Positions 1 through 10,067 of a stretch of 64,000 bases of DNA are shown here, in pieces. Source of the stretch: an uncultured delta proteobacterium (lineage in GTDB: Bacteria > Desulfobacterota > Binatia > Binatales > Binataceae); assembly GCA_963765675.1 (NCBI GenBank), contig CAVXXK010000001.1:64001-128000 (forward strand). The letters are read 5' to 3'. Position 1 is the stretch's first letter. Each line of letters begins with the position of its first letter. The translations under genes were made by a program, and so were the position numbers. Under the pieces are notes generated by a model. That model searched no databases. It saw only the letters and a program-made list of their open reading frames with translations, and was not told where the DNA came from.

Positions 1-1
1 T

Positions 2-460
2 TTCGACCGCGTGATCGCACTCAAGACTCGTGCGCAGAATCTGCGCTTCGCCGACGCGACGTTCGACGCGGTTATCAGCATCGGCTCGTTCGAGATGATC
101 GCGGAGGATCGCGCCGCCGCGCTCGCGCAGATGGTCCGAGTCGCGAAACCGGGCGCGCGAATCGGAATCGCGGAGCCGATGTGCCTGCCAGCGCCGATTC
201 CGGAGGCTGTCCGCGAGCTCGATCGCGTACGGTTCCCCGACGGCCGGGGATTCGAGTTTCACTTCCGCTCGGTGGATTGGAATGCGGAGCTTTTCGAGCA
301 GGCCGGTCTCAGCGTGATCGAGCGCCGATATTTTCCGGAAGCCGCCAAATGGTGGCGTGAGTACAGCGAGCGTGTTTCCGAAGCCGAGCGCGCGCTGATC
401 AACGCCGACGCCGGCGGATGGGCGACCCTCGGAATGGTGGTCGGGGAAAATCGAGGTTGA
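2..460 (+). CDS. Class I SAM-dependent methyltransferase (5' truncated by window edge)
   Basis: Frame open from the window start; motifs LRFADATFDAVIS and MVRVAKPGARI. Confidence 0.8.
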   Translation, partial: FDRVIALKTRAQNLRFADATFDAVISIGSFEMIAEDRAAALAQMVRVAKPGARIGIAEPMCLPAPIPEAVRELDRVRFPDGRGFEFHFRSVDWNAELFEQAGLSVIERRYFPEAAKWWREYSERVSEAERALINADAGGWATLGMVVGENRG

Positions 461-461
461 C

Positions 462-496
462 AAAAGAAACTCGCGGCGAGTCCCGCCGCGAGTTTC
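462..496 (-). terminator. Intrinsic terminator after lon (possibly bidirectional)
   Basis: Perfect 13-bp stem GAAACTCGCGGCG (466-478)/CGCCGCGAGTTTC (484-496), followed by TTTT on the minus strand, between convergent genes. Confidence 0.75.
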
Positions 497-497
497 C

Positions 498-2943
498 TCA
501 GTTCAGAATCGTGCGTTCCGTGCGCGGGCCTGTCGCAGGCTTTTCTGGCGCAGGCGCGGCGGCTTGCGCGGCGTCGCCATTGACCAGCGCGGCGGCCAGG
601 ACTTCATCGACGGTGTCGACGAAGATCATTTTCAGCTCGCCACGGACCTCTGCGGGTATGTCCTCGAGGTCGCGCTCGTTTCGACGAGGCAGAATGATCG
701 TCTTGATTCCTGCGCGACGTGCCGCGAGCACTTTTTCTTTGACTCCGCCGACCGGCATCACCTTGCCCCGCAGCGTGATCTCGCCAGTCATCGCGACTTC
801 CGCCCTGATCGGACGGCCGCTCAGGAGCGACGCGAGCGAAGCCGCGAGCGTCACACCAGCGGAGGGACCGTCCTTGGGAATCGCGCCGGCGGGAACGTGA
901 ATGTGGATGTCCGACTTTTCGAAAAAGTCGGCCGGGATTCCAAGTCGCTCGGCGCGCGAGCGCACGTAGGACATCGCGGCCTGCGCCGATTCCTTCATCA
1001 CGTCGCCCAGCGACCCGGTCAGCATAAGACCCTTTTGCCCCGCCATCCGGGTGGCTTCGATAAACATGATCTCGCCGCCGTTGGGCGTCCATGCAAGCCC
1101 GGTTGCGACACCGGTTTCGTTGGTGCGTTCGGCGACTTCGGAGAAAAACCGCGGCAGCCCGAGATAGCGCGAGACGTCTTCCGCCGTGACCTGCGTCGGC
1201 ATCGCACCGCCTTCGGAGGTGGCGCGTGCGATTTTGCGGCATACGCGCGCGATCTCGCGCTCGAGGTTGCGCAGCCCCGACTCGCGCGTGTAGCTGCGGA
1301 TAATCTCGGCGATCGCGCCGGCGGTGAACTCGATCTTCGACTCGCCGAGTCCGTTTTCTTCAAGCTGCTTGCGAATCAGGTGGCGCTCGGCGATTTGCAG
1401 CTTTCTCTTCCTCGGTGTAACCCGGCAGCTCGAGCACTTCCATTCTGTCCCGCAGCGCCGGCGGAATCGGATCGAGCATATTGGCCGTGGTCAGGAACAG
1501 AACCTTCGAGAGATCGAACGGCACATCGAGATAGTGGTCGGAGAACGAATTGTTCTGCTCGGGATCGAGCACTTCGAGCAGCGCCGAGGCGGGATCGCCT
1601 CGGAAATCCATCCCGAGCTTGTCGACCTCGTCAAGGATGAAGAGCGGATTGTTCGAGCCCGCGTTGCGCAGCCCTTGGATAATCCTGCCGGGCAGCGAGC
1701 CGATGTAAGTGCGGCGATGGCCGCGGATCTCGGCTTCGTCGCGGATACCGCCGAGCGACAGGCGCACGAACTTGCGTCCGAGCGCGCGCGCGATCGATTT
1801 GCCCAGCGAAGTTTTGCCGGTTCCCGGGGGGCCGACGAAGCATAGGATCGGACCCTTGGTGTCTTTCTTGAGCTTGCGCACCGCGAGGAATTCGAGGATG
1901 CGCTCCTTAATCTTGTCGAGGTCGTAATGATCCTCGTCGAGCACCTTGCGCGCGTTGGCGATATCGAGGTTGTCCTCGGTCGAGACGCTCCACGGCAGGC
2001 TCACCAGCCAATCGATATACGTGCGGACGACGGTATGCTCCGCCGATTCGGGCGGGATCATGCGCAGGCGTTCGAGTTCCTTGTCGGCGGCCTTGCGCGC
2101 CTCGGGGGGCATCTTGGCCTCTTCGATTTTCTTCTCCAGCTCGTCGATCTCGCTGGTGCGCGCATCGCCTTCGCCGAGTTCTTTCTGGATCGCCTTGAGC
2201 TGCTGGCGCAGATAGTACTCGCGCTGATTCTTGTTGAGCTCGGTCTGGACCTGCGACTGGATTTTGTGGCCAAGCTCGAGCAGCTCGATTTCGCGGCCCA
2301 GGATAGCGATCAGCTTTTCCAGGCGCGCGCGTACGTCAACCGTGCCGAGCAGATCCTGCGATTCCTCGACCGCGATCTTCAGATACGACGCGACCATGTC
2401 GGCCAGCCGCCCCGGCTCGCGAACCTTCATCGCCTGCACCTGCAATTCGTCAGGCAGGTACGGCACGAGCGAAACGAACTTCGAGAATTGGCTCACCAGA
2501 TGCGCGTGCAGCGCTTCGATTTCCTTGTCGGGTGCGGATTGATCGACCACGCGGGTCGCGCGCGCGATAAAATATGGCTCGGCCTGGATATAGTTGGTCA
2601 GCTCGATCCGCGCGATTCCCTGCACCAGCACCCGAACGCTCTGATCCGGGTAGCGCAGCATCTTGAGAATCTGCACCGCGGTGCCGTATTGGAACAGCCC
2701 GTCGGCGTGAGGAGATTCCTCTTCGGGATTCTTCTGCGCCGCGAGCGCGATAATCTTTTGCGTCTGTCCGACATCCTCGATCAACTTGAGCGAAGACGCG
2801 CGAGAGACCAAAAACGGATGAATCTGGTTAGGAAAGATTACGATACCGCGCAGCGGCAGTACCGCCAGGACATCGGGGATCTCAACCTTGCTGAGATCTT
2901 CCTCGATATCGAAACCTTTTTCCCCTTTGGGTTTATCCGCCAT
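498..2943 (-). CDS. lon: Lon ATP-dependent protease (one apparent +1 frameshift near 1402)
   Basis: LON N-domain, Walker [18 protein letters not shown], and PKDGPSAG catalytic Ser motif. Removing one A at GAG AAA G CTG joins ORFs 1360-2943 and 498-1202 in frame. Confidence 0.95.
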
Positions 2944-3099
2944 AGGACGATTGAAACCTCATTCAGGAGGGGACGCCGCCGCCCGTCGCTTCCACCCAAT
3001 CCACATTTTACCGTAGTATATGGATGCCGGGCAGACAAGGTAGCCTCTCTTTATTTGAAGGTAACCACGGTTTATTCCGGCGCCACTGGCGAGGTGATC

Positions 3100-3525
3100 T
3101 TGTCCAAATCCCGGTTCGAAAAGCTTTTCAGCCCCGACGAAGCGAACCATCTCATCCCGCGGCTCGAGATCATCATGCGCGACCTCCAGCTCATGGCGAA
3201 TTTCGTCCGCGCACGTATCAACGAGCTTGCAACCGAGGATCCCGACCTGCTCAACCATACGCTGCCGGAGATCGTCGAGCTTCATCCCGACCTCGACGAG
3301 CCGAGCACGCGGATGGCGCAGGCGGTGGAGCAGATCGAGGAGCTCGGGTGCTTTCTCAAGGATATCGATCAGGGCCTGGTCGATTTCCCGTTCGACAACG
3401 GCGAGGAAGTGGTCTTCCTGTGCTGGCAGTTCGGTGAGCAGAGCGTGATCGCATGGCATCCGATCGAAGGCGGCTTCGAGGGCCGGCGTCCGCTGCCGGG
3501 CGCGCCCAAGCCGTGGCTCAACTAA
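3100..3525 (+). CDS. DUF2203 family protein
   Basis: FSPDEANHLIP...LKDIDQGLVDFP...VFLCWQFGE...WHPIEGGFEGRRPL; TTG start after GAGGTG. Confidence 0.8.
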   Translation: MSKSRFEKLFSPDEANHLIPRLEIIMRDLQLMANFVRARINELATEDPDLLNHTLPEIVELHPDLDEPSTRMAQAVEQIEELGCFLKDIDQGLVDFPFDNGEEVVFLCWQFGEQSVIAWHPIEGGFEGRRPLPGAPKPWLN

Positions 3526-3583
3526 GTCGGTAGCTAAGTCTCGATGCTCCGCGCGGCGAAATGCGCGGGCGGAAATATCAATC

Positions 3584-4051
3584 ATGATTGCACTCTTCGT
3601 CTATCTGGTCGCGATCGCATGCTGGCTTGGCGGAATTGTGTTCTTTTCGTTCTTCACGGCACCGGTCATCTTCACCCAGCTCCCGATCGCGGAGGCCGGC
3701 AAGGTCGTGCACACGATCTTTCCGCGCTACTACGCGCTGGGTTACGTCGCGGGGACGATCGCGCTGGCGCTGGCAATCTACTTCACGGCGGTTCGCGATT
3801 CACGGCTATGGTGGGGCTTAAGCGTCGTGGCGCTCGTGCTTGCGCTGGGACTCACGTTCTATGCGGGCGCGGTCGTGCGGCCGCGAGTTGACGCGATCCG
3901 CGGCGTCGCCGAAGAGCAGAACCCCGATCCCACGCGCAAGGCGGAGTTCGATCATCTGCATCACCTGTCGGTTTACCTGAACGGCGCGGTGCTGCTGCTC
4001 AATCTCGCCGCGCTGGTTGCGACAGCAGAGGCGCTGACTCGCCGTGGCTGA
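3584..4051 (+). CDS. DUF4149/TMEM205-like membrane protein
   Basis: Four hydrophobic helices; APVIF..L....AG....IFPRY and FDHLHHLS motifs. Confidence 0.75.
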   Translation: MIALFVYLVAIACWLGGIVFFSFFTAPVIFTQLPIAEAGKVVHTIFPRYYALGYVAGTIALALAIYFTAVRDSRLWWGLSVVALVLALGLTFYAGAVVRPRVDAIRGVAEEQNPDPTRKAEFDHLHHLSVYLNGAVLLLNLAALVATAEALTRRG

Positions 4052-4799
4052 CCCGCGCTTCAAGGCTATCGTCCTGGACCTGTTCGATACGCTCGTCACG
4101 TGGAACCCCGCGTTGCTGCCGATGGTGAATTGGCGCGGACGTGAGTTCCGCAGCACCACCCCTCTGTTGTATCCGATCCTCGAAGATTCGCTCGGTGCGC
4201 GCTTTGACCGCGAGGCGTTCATGGACGCGCACAGCAAAGTGTACGAGGAGATTTTCGACGCACGCTCGCGCGACGAGATCGAAATCTCGTGCCTGGATCG
4301 CTTTACGCGCACGCTCGTGCGAACCGGCGTCGAGCCTGCTCTCGCCGCTCCTCTTGCCGAGCGCCTGCGCCGCACGCATATGGCGCGCGTGCGCGAAGTC
4401 ACCGCCGCGCCCGCCGCGCGACTGGAAGCGGTGCGCAGGCTGCACAAGCATTACCGGCTCGGCCTGCTCTCGAACTTCGACGACGCCGCGACCGGCCACG
4501 AAATCATGCACGACACCGGAATTCGCGAGCTGTTCGACGTCGTCGTCATCTCGGCCGAGCTGGGCCTGCGCAAACCGCATCGCGATATCTTTCGCCACAC
4601 GCTCGACGCGCTGGGGCTGAAGCCCAGCGAGATCCTGTTCGTCGGCGACACGCCGCACGAAGACGTTCTCGGGGCCAAGCGGATGGGAATCCATGTCGCG
4701 TGGATCAACAAGCATGGCAAACCGTTTCCAGAAGGAATCGGTGTGCCCGAAATTGAAATCGGCGACCTGACCGAGCTGCCGGAGCGACTCGGATGCTGA
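4044..4799 (+). CDS. HAD-superfamily hydrolase
   Basis: DLFDTL motif I, LSN, KP and VGDTPHEDVLGA. Confidence 0.9.
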   Translation: MADPRFKAIVLDLFDTLVTWNPALLPMVNWRGREFRSTTPLLYPILEDSLGARFDREAFMDAHSKVYEEIFDARSRDEIEISCLDRFTRTLVRTGVEPALAAPLAERLRRTHMARVREVTAAPAARLEAVRRLHKHYRLGLLSNFDDAATGHEIMHDTGIRELFDVVVISAELGLRKPHRDIFRHTLDALGLKPSEILFVGDTPHEDVLGAKRMGIHVAWINKHGKPFPEGIGVPEIEIGDLTELPERLGC

Positions 4800-4817
4800 C
4801 GCGGCGCTGAAATCGCG

Positions 4818-5228
4818 ATGTCCGCAAAAGATCGCAAAGCCTCTTTCGAGTCGATCGAGCGCGCGCCCTTCGCCGCGATACTCGCGCTGCGGATCGAATC
4901 GTCCGAGGACGGCGTGGTAGTCGCGCGGATGCCGTTTCGTCCGGCGATTCTGAATCCCGGCGGCCCGTCGGCACCCGTTCATGGCGGCGCGATCGCGACA
5001 CTCGCTGATTTTGCGGCGTGCGCTGCGGCCTGGACGCTCGAGCAGACGGTGCGCAGCGCAACAATCGCGATGTCGATAAATTTCACCGGCCCCGCGATCC
5101 AGAGCGATCTCATCGCGCGCGCGACAGTGAAACGCGCGGGCAGACGTATCGCGAGTATCGCGGTCGAAATTCGCGACAGCACGGACGCGCTGATTGCCGA
5201 CGCGCTCGTGACCTACAAAATCAGCTAG
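4818..5228 (+). CDS. PaaI-family thioesterase
   Basis: N....VHGGAIATLAD hot-dog-fold motif. Confidence 0.85.
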   Translation: MSAKDRKASFESIERAPFAAILALRIESSEDGVVVARMPFRPAILNPGGPSAPVHGGAIATLADFAACAAAWTLEQTVRSATIAMSINFTGPAIQSDLIARATVKRAGRRIASIAVEIRDSTDALIADALVTYKIS

Positions 5229-5229
5229 G

Positions 5230-6000
5230 GTGACAATGCCCGCTGCGATAATTATCGAGAAGATCCGCCGCGCCGGCGCGCCCTACGGACTCAACCTTGT
5301 CGCGACCGCCGCGGTCGAGCGCTATGACGCCGCGGTAACAGAACCCTATCGCGCGCGCGCAATCGCTCCAGACGCGCGCACGATCATCGTGGTCGCCAAT
5401 GGCGGCGGTGAATTATGGGCCGCGCTGAAGCGCCACGCCGACAGCCATCCCGGATGGTGGCAGCGCGCCAATCCGCTCGACGACTTCACGCACGAGATAG
5501 TCGAGCACGAGATCGCACCCGCCGCACGCGCCGGCGGCGCAAACGTGCGCATCGTTTATCCATTCATGAACAACGCCGCGACGCTTAATTTTATCGAGCT
5601 CGGAAAAGCCGCAGGCCTTGCCGGGCCGAGCATCCTTGGCGTCGTCGTGCATCCGGTATACGGACCGTGGATCGCGTTTCGCGCGGCAATCCTGATCGAT
5701 CAATCGATCGACGCGCCGGGTGCCGCGGTCGCGTTCGATCCCTGCCCCTCGTGCACCGTGCGCAGTTGCATTCCCGCCTGCCCGGTTGGCGCGGTCGCGT
5801 TTCCAACCGGATGGGACATCCCCAGATGCCTAACGCATCGCGTCGAAGACGAACCCGACTGCGCGCCGCGATGCCACGCGCGCGCGGGATGCGTGCTCGG
5901 CCCCGAGCATCGCTATCCCGACGACGAACTCGCCCATCATCAAGCGCGCGCCCTGCGCGCGATGCGCCCGTGGTACGAGAAGAACGTGAAGCCGAAGTAA
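5230..6000 (+). CDS. 4Fe-4S protein, QueG/CblC-like
   Basis: HPVYGPWIAFRAA followed by CPSCTVRSCIPACP and later C...C...C...C. Confidence 0.65.
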   Translation: MTMPAAIIIEKIRRAGAPYGLNLVATAAVERYDAAVTEPYRARAIAPDARTIIVVANGGGELWAALKRHADSHPGWWQRANPLDDFTHEIVEHEIAPAARAGGANVRIVYPFMNNAATLNFIELGKAAGLAGPSILGVVVHPVYGPWIAFRAAILIDQSIDAPGAAVAFDPCPSCTVRSCIPACPVGAVAFPTGWDIPRCLTHRVEDEPDCAPRCHARAGCVLGPEHRYPDDELAHHQARALRAMRPWYEKNVKPK

Positions 6001-6013
6001 AACAAAACCCAAC

Positions 6014-6040
6014 CGGCCACAAAGACACCAAGACACGAAG
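6014..6040 (+). repeat. Left inverted repeat of GxxExxY cassette (3x CACNAAGA)
   Basis: CGGCCACAAAGACACCAAGACACGAAG matches the reverse complement of 6447-6473 at 25/27 positions. Confidence 0.9.
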
Positions 6041-6436
6041 ATGAAAGGGTTTGATCCGATTCCTGCCGCGACCGAAGAGGCTGCTGCCATCGTGATCGAC
6101 GCTGCCTTTGCCGTTCACCGCTCACTTGGACCGGGATTGTTGGAATCGATCTATGAGGCATGCCTGGCGCACGAGCTCTTTCTCAGACACATTCCGTTTC
6201 AAACGCAGGTCTCGCTTCCGATTCAATACAAAGACCTGAAATTGGAAAGTGCGCTCAGATTGGATCTTTTGGTGGCGGATTCTCTCGTCGTCGAACTGAA
6301 GGCGACCGAGAGAATGTTGCCCCTATATAAAGCGCAACTGCTGACCTATCTAAAGCTATCGGGACTCAGGCTCGGTCTCCTGATCAATTTCAATGTCGGT
6401 ATAATCAAAGAAGGAATTAAACGAATCGTGCGTTAG
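6041..6436 (+). CDS. GxxExxY protein (PD-(D/E)XK nuclease-like)
   Basis: LGPGLLESIYEACL, RLDLLV, VVELK, AQLLTYLK and GLLINFN; visibly lower GC than its neighbours. Confidence 0.95.
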   Translation: MKGFDPIPAATEEAAAIVIDAAFAVHRSLGPGLLESIYEACLAHELFLRHIPFQTQVSLPIQYKDLKLESALRLDLLVADSLVVELKATERMLPLYKAQLLTYLKLSGLRLGLLINFNVGIIKEGIKRIVR

Positions 6437-6445
6437 CACGATTCG
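6422..6445. terminator. Perfect hairpin overlapping the GxxExxY stop codon
   Basis: CGAATCGTGC-GTTA-GCACGATTCG, 10-bp stem. Confidence 0.55.
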
Positions 6446-6446
6446 C

Positions 6447-6473
6447 CTTCGTGTCTTTGTGTCTTAGTGGCCG
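6447..6473 (-). repeat. Right inverted repeat of GxxExxY cassette
   Basis: Minus strand reads CGGCCACTAAGACACAAAGACACGAAG. Confidence 0.9.
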
Positions 6474-6493
6474 CCCGGTCTTCGTCTTGTTTT

Positions 6494-7468
6494 TTACCGC
6501 CCGAGCTTGCGCGCCACTTCCTTCGCGAAGTAGGTCAGGATCAAATCCGCGCCGGCGCGGCGGATGCTGGTCAGCACTTCCATTGTCGCGCGCTCTTCGT
6601 CGATCCAACCGTTGATTCCCGCCGCTTTGATCATCGAGTACTCCCCCGAGACGTTGTACGCCGCAACCGGAACATTGAATTTCTGCTTCACCCGCCAGAT
6701 CAGATCGAGATACGGCAGAGCCGGCTTGACCATCACGATATCGGCGCCCTCCTCGAGATCGAGCGCGACCTCGCGCAGCGCCTCATCGCCGTTTGGCGGA
6801 TCCATCTGGTATGAGCGGCGATCACCGAACTGCGGGGCCGAATCGGCCGCATCACGAAACGGACCATAGAAAGCCGATGCGAACTTCGCTGAGTACGCCA
6901 TTATCGCGACATGCGCGAAGCCGTTTTCATCCAGCGCGCGGCGAATCGCGCCGACGCGCCCGTCCATCATATCCGACGGCGCGACGATATCGGCGCCGGC
7001 GCGCGCGTGCGAAAGCGCTTCGCGCACGAGCAGCTCGAGGGTCGCGTCGTTATCGACGTCGCCGCCTTTGACCGCGCCGCAATGCCCGTGGTCGGTGTAT
7101 TCGCACATGCATACGTCGGTGATAACCGCGAGTGCGGGGACGCGTTCCTTGACTTCGCGAATCGCGCGCTGCACTTCGCCGTCGTCGTTCCACGCCTCGC
7201 TGCCGATCGCATCTTTACGCTCCGGGATTCCGAACAGGATCAGCGCGGGCACGCCGGCCGCGTGAAGCTCGCGCGCCTCGGCGACAATATTGTCCACCGA
7301 CATCTGCGCGACTCCCGGCATCGAGGGGATCGGCCGCTTGATTCCGCGGCCGGGGCATACGAAGAGCGGCTGGATCAGGTTGTCGGCGGCGAGCCGCGTC
7401 TCCCGCGTCATCCTGCGCAGCGTTTCGGTGCGCCGCAGGCGCCTTGGGCGATTTATCGGAAATGCCAT
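6494..7468 (-). CDS. hemB: Porphobilinogen synthase
   Basis: [37 protein letters not shown] and AYNVSGEY. Confidence 0.98.
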   Translation of the reverse strand: MAFPINRPRRLRRTETLRRMTRETRLAADNLIQPLFVCPGRGIKRPIPSMPGVAQMSVDNIVAEARELHAAGVPALILFGIPERKDAIGSEAWNDDGEVQRAIREVKERVPALAVITDVCMCEYTDHGHCGAVKGGDVDNDATLELLVREALSHARAGADIVAPSDMMDGRVGAIRRALDENGFAHVAIMAYSAKFASAFYGPFRDAADSAPQFGDRRSYQMDPPNGDEALREVALDLEEGADIVMVKPALPYLDLIWRVKQKFNVPVAAYNVSGEYSMIKAAGINGWIDEERATMEVLTSIRRAGADLILTYFAKEVARKLGR

Positions 7469-7525
7469 TTTTGAACTGACCCCGCTTGCGAACCCAGCGG
7501 ACGGATTATATCGCGCGCGCGAGTC

Positions 7526-9100
7526 TTAAAAAGCCCCGCGGGCTCGCGGCCTGGCCGCGGTTTCGTAGTGTTCGCGAATCGCCCCGATCAACGCCGGAAC
7601 CGTGTATTCCGAGGGCTGCACCACAACTTTGAACCCGCGCGCGACCGCGGTCGCCGCCGTGATTGGACCGATCACCGCAGCGTTGAGTCCGCGAGCAGAG
7701 GCGCCGACCAGGTCGCAAAAATTCTCGACCGTGCTCGAGCTTGTGAATGCGACGAGATCGATCTCTCCGGCCGCCACCATCGCGCGGATCCTCGCGGACT
7801 GCGCGCCCGATGGTTTGACTGTGCGATAGACTGGCGCAACTTCTACCATGCGCGCGCCCTGCTCGAGCAGAATTTTCGGCAGAATCTCACGCGCTACCTG
7901 CGCGCGCGGAATCAGGATACTCGCACCGCGAATCCGGCGCGCGCCGATCGCCGGGATAATCGCCTCGGCGCGGTACTCGGACGGCACCGCCGCGACGCGC
8001 AGCGCGTAATGCTCGAGCGCGCGCGCCGTCGCGGGACCGATCGCGCACAGGCGCGCACGTCCGAGGCCGCGCAGATCGTGGCCGAGCGCGCGCAGGCGCG
8101 CGACGAAGCCATCGACCCCGGTCGCACTGGTGAAGATCACCCAGTCGAATTTCTCGATCTTGGCGATCGCGCGGTCCAGCGCGGAGTAGCTTGACGGTTC
8201 CGCAGTGGCGATAGTGGGAAACTCGATCGCGTCAGCTCCGAGGGCGCGCAACTCCATCGCGAATGCGCCGCCGTGGGCGCGCGACCGCGTCACAACGATC
8301 CGCCGACCGAACAGCGGCATCTTCTCGAACCATCCGAGCTCGCCGCGCAGCGCGGCGCATTCGCCCACAACCAGGACGGCCGGTGCGCCGAGCTTTGCGC
8401 GTTCGCATTCAGCCGCCAGCGTCTTGAGAGTCGCCAGTACCGTCGCCTGCGCGGCGGTCGTGCCCCACTGGACGGCGGCGGCGGGTGTCGCGTCGGGAAG
8501 GCCTGCGGCTGAGAGGCGTGCAAGCACTGAGCGCATCCGCGAGGTGGCCATCAGGATAACGATCGTCCCGCGATTTTTCGCCGCGCGCGCCAGATCGGTC
8601 CACGGTATCGAGCCGCGCGCCGTCTTCGACTCGTCCTCGTGTCCCGTGACGAACGCGACGAACGAACCTAACCGGCGATGCGTCAGCGGGATACCCGCGA
8701 ATGCGGGCGCGGCAATCGCGGACGTGATTCCGGGAACGATCTCGAATTTCACTCCGGCTTTCGCAAGCGCCTGCGCCTCTTCACCGCCGCGGCCGAAGAT
8801 AAACGGATCGCCGCCTTTGAGCCGCACGACCTGATGTCCCTTGCGCGCACGCTCGATAAGCATCCGGTTGATTTCGGCCTGCTCGACAATTTCTCCGCCA
8901 CCGCTCTTCTTTCCGGCGTAAATCAATTCCGCGCCGGAGGGCGCGAGTTCGAGCAATTCGGGATTCACCAGATTGTCGTACAGAACCACCTCGGCGCGCC
9001 CGAGGCACTGCGCGCCGCGAACGGTTATCAGGTCCGGCGCGCCGGGTCCGGCGCCAACCAGATATACTGTGCCGGCGCGCGCGCTCCCGCGCTCACTCAT
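7526..9100 (-). CDS. cobA/hemD: Fused uroporphyrinogen-III C-methyltransferase/synthase
   Basis: VYLVGAGPG and RLKGGDPFIFGRGGEE, then a HemD domain (PLFGRRIVVTR, FTSSSTV). Confidence 0.93.
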   Translation of the reverse strand: MSERGSARAGTVYLVGAGPGAPDLITVRGAQCLGRAEVVLYDNLVNPELLELAPSGAELIYAGKKSGGGEIVEQAEINRMLIERARKGHQVVRLKGGDPFIFGRGGEEAQALAKAGVKFEIVPGITSAIAAPAFAGIPLTHRRLGSFVAFVTGHEDESKTARGSIPWTDLARAAKNRGTIVILMATSRMRSVLARLSAAGLPDATPAAAVQWGTTAAQATVLATLKTLAAECERAKLGAPAVLVVGECAALRGELGWFEKMPLFGRRIVVTRSRAHGGAFAMELRALGADAIEFPTIATAEPSSYSALDRAIAKIEKFDWVIFTSATGVDGFVARLRALGHDLRGLGRARLCAIGPATARALEHYALRVAAVPSEYRAEAIIPAIGARRIRGASILIPRAQVAREILPKILLEQGARMVEVAPVYRTVKPSGAQSARIRAMVAAGEIDLVAFTSSSTVENFCDLVGASARGLNAAVIGPITAATAVARGFKVVVQPSEYTVPALIGAIREHYETAARPRARGAF

Positions 9101-10067
9101 CGGCGATCAACGCCTTCGCGCCGCGCGCGAGCATCCGCTCGGCCAGCGCCCGTCCGGCGCCAGCCGCGATCGGTGGCGACAGATTGAACTCTACCGGCGC
9201 TTCCAGATCGTCGGCGATCGACTGCTTGCCGTCCGGGCTGAAGAGGATCGCGCGAATCGAGAGCTTCTCGTCGTCGGCGATCGCGCGCACTCCGAGCGGC
9301 GTGGTGCATGAAGCTCCAAGCTTTGCCAGAAACGCACGCTCGGCCGCAGTCTCGTAATGCGCACGCGAATCGTCGAGAGCTTCGAGCGCGCCGCCAAGCT
9401 CTGCCGAAATTCCGCTGGAACGGATTTCGATCGCAAGGGCGCCTTGCCCTCCGGCCGGTATGAAATCGCGCTCATCGAGGATCGTGAATTTGATCTCGGC
9501 CGCCCGCCCGAGGCGATTGAGTCCCGCAGCCGCGATTATGATCGCATCGAAGGTGCCCTCAGCCACTTTTTTGAGCCGCGTATCGACATTGCCGCGCAGC
9601 GCAACGATTTCGAGCGCGGGATTTTTTCGCAGCGCCTGAAATCGCCGCCGCATTGAGGAGGTTCCAACCCGCGCGCCCGCCGGCAATGCGGCAAAATCGC
9701 CACCCGCCGCCGACACCAGGATATCGCACACGTCCTCGCGCTCCGGCACCGCCGCAATTCGGAAACCGTCGGGAAGCACCGCGGGTAGATCCTTCATCGA
9801 ATGCACCGCGAGATCGATCTTCCCGTCGGCGAGCGCCTGCTCGAGCTCGCGGATGAAAAGCCCCTTGCCTCCCACGCGTGCGAGCGACGCGTCCTTCATT
9901 TTGTCGCCACTGGTGCGAATCGGAGTGATCTCGATCGCTTTGCCCGGCATAACCGCCGCCAGGCGCGACTTGACGTACTCGGCTTGTGCTGTCGCGAGCG
10001 CGCTCGGACGCGTCCCGATTCTGATTGTGGCAAGTTTTGACGCGCGCGCGCCCGGACTAGAACTCAT
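9093..10067 (-). CDS. hemC: Hydroxymethylbilane synthase
   Basis: IGTRPSALA, GGKGLFIRELE, VHSMKDLP, GTSSMRR and RGNVDTRL. Confidence 0.97.
   Translation of the reverse strand: MSSSPGARASKLATIRIGTRPSALATAQAEYVKSRLAAVMPGKAIEITPIRTSGDKMKDASLARVGGKGLFIRELEQALADGKIDLAVHSMKDLPAVLPDGFRIAAVPEREDVCDILVSAAGGDFAALPAGARVGTSSMRRRFQALRKNPALEIVALRGNVDTRLKKVAEGTFDAIIIAAAGLNRLGRAAEIKFTILDERDFIPAGGQGALAIEIRSSGISAELGGALEALDDSRAHYETAAERAFLAKLGASCTTPLGVRAIADDEKLSIRAILFSPDGKQSIADDLEAPVEFNLSPPIAAGAGRALAERMLARGAKALIADE

Noticed and set aside
1395-1410. Split lon as a programmed frameshift or pseudogene
   Set aside because: A single extra A in a short A-run restores a canonical Lon; typical long-read indel
564-3099. 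Long plus-strand ORFs opposite lon (and similar ones opposite the hem genes)
   Set aside because: Antisense shadows of high-GC genes with no recognisable motifs
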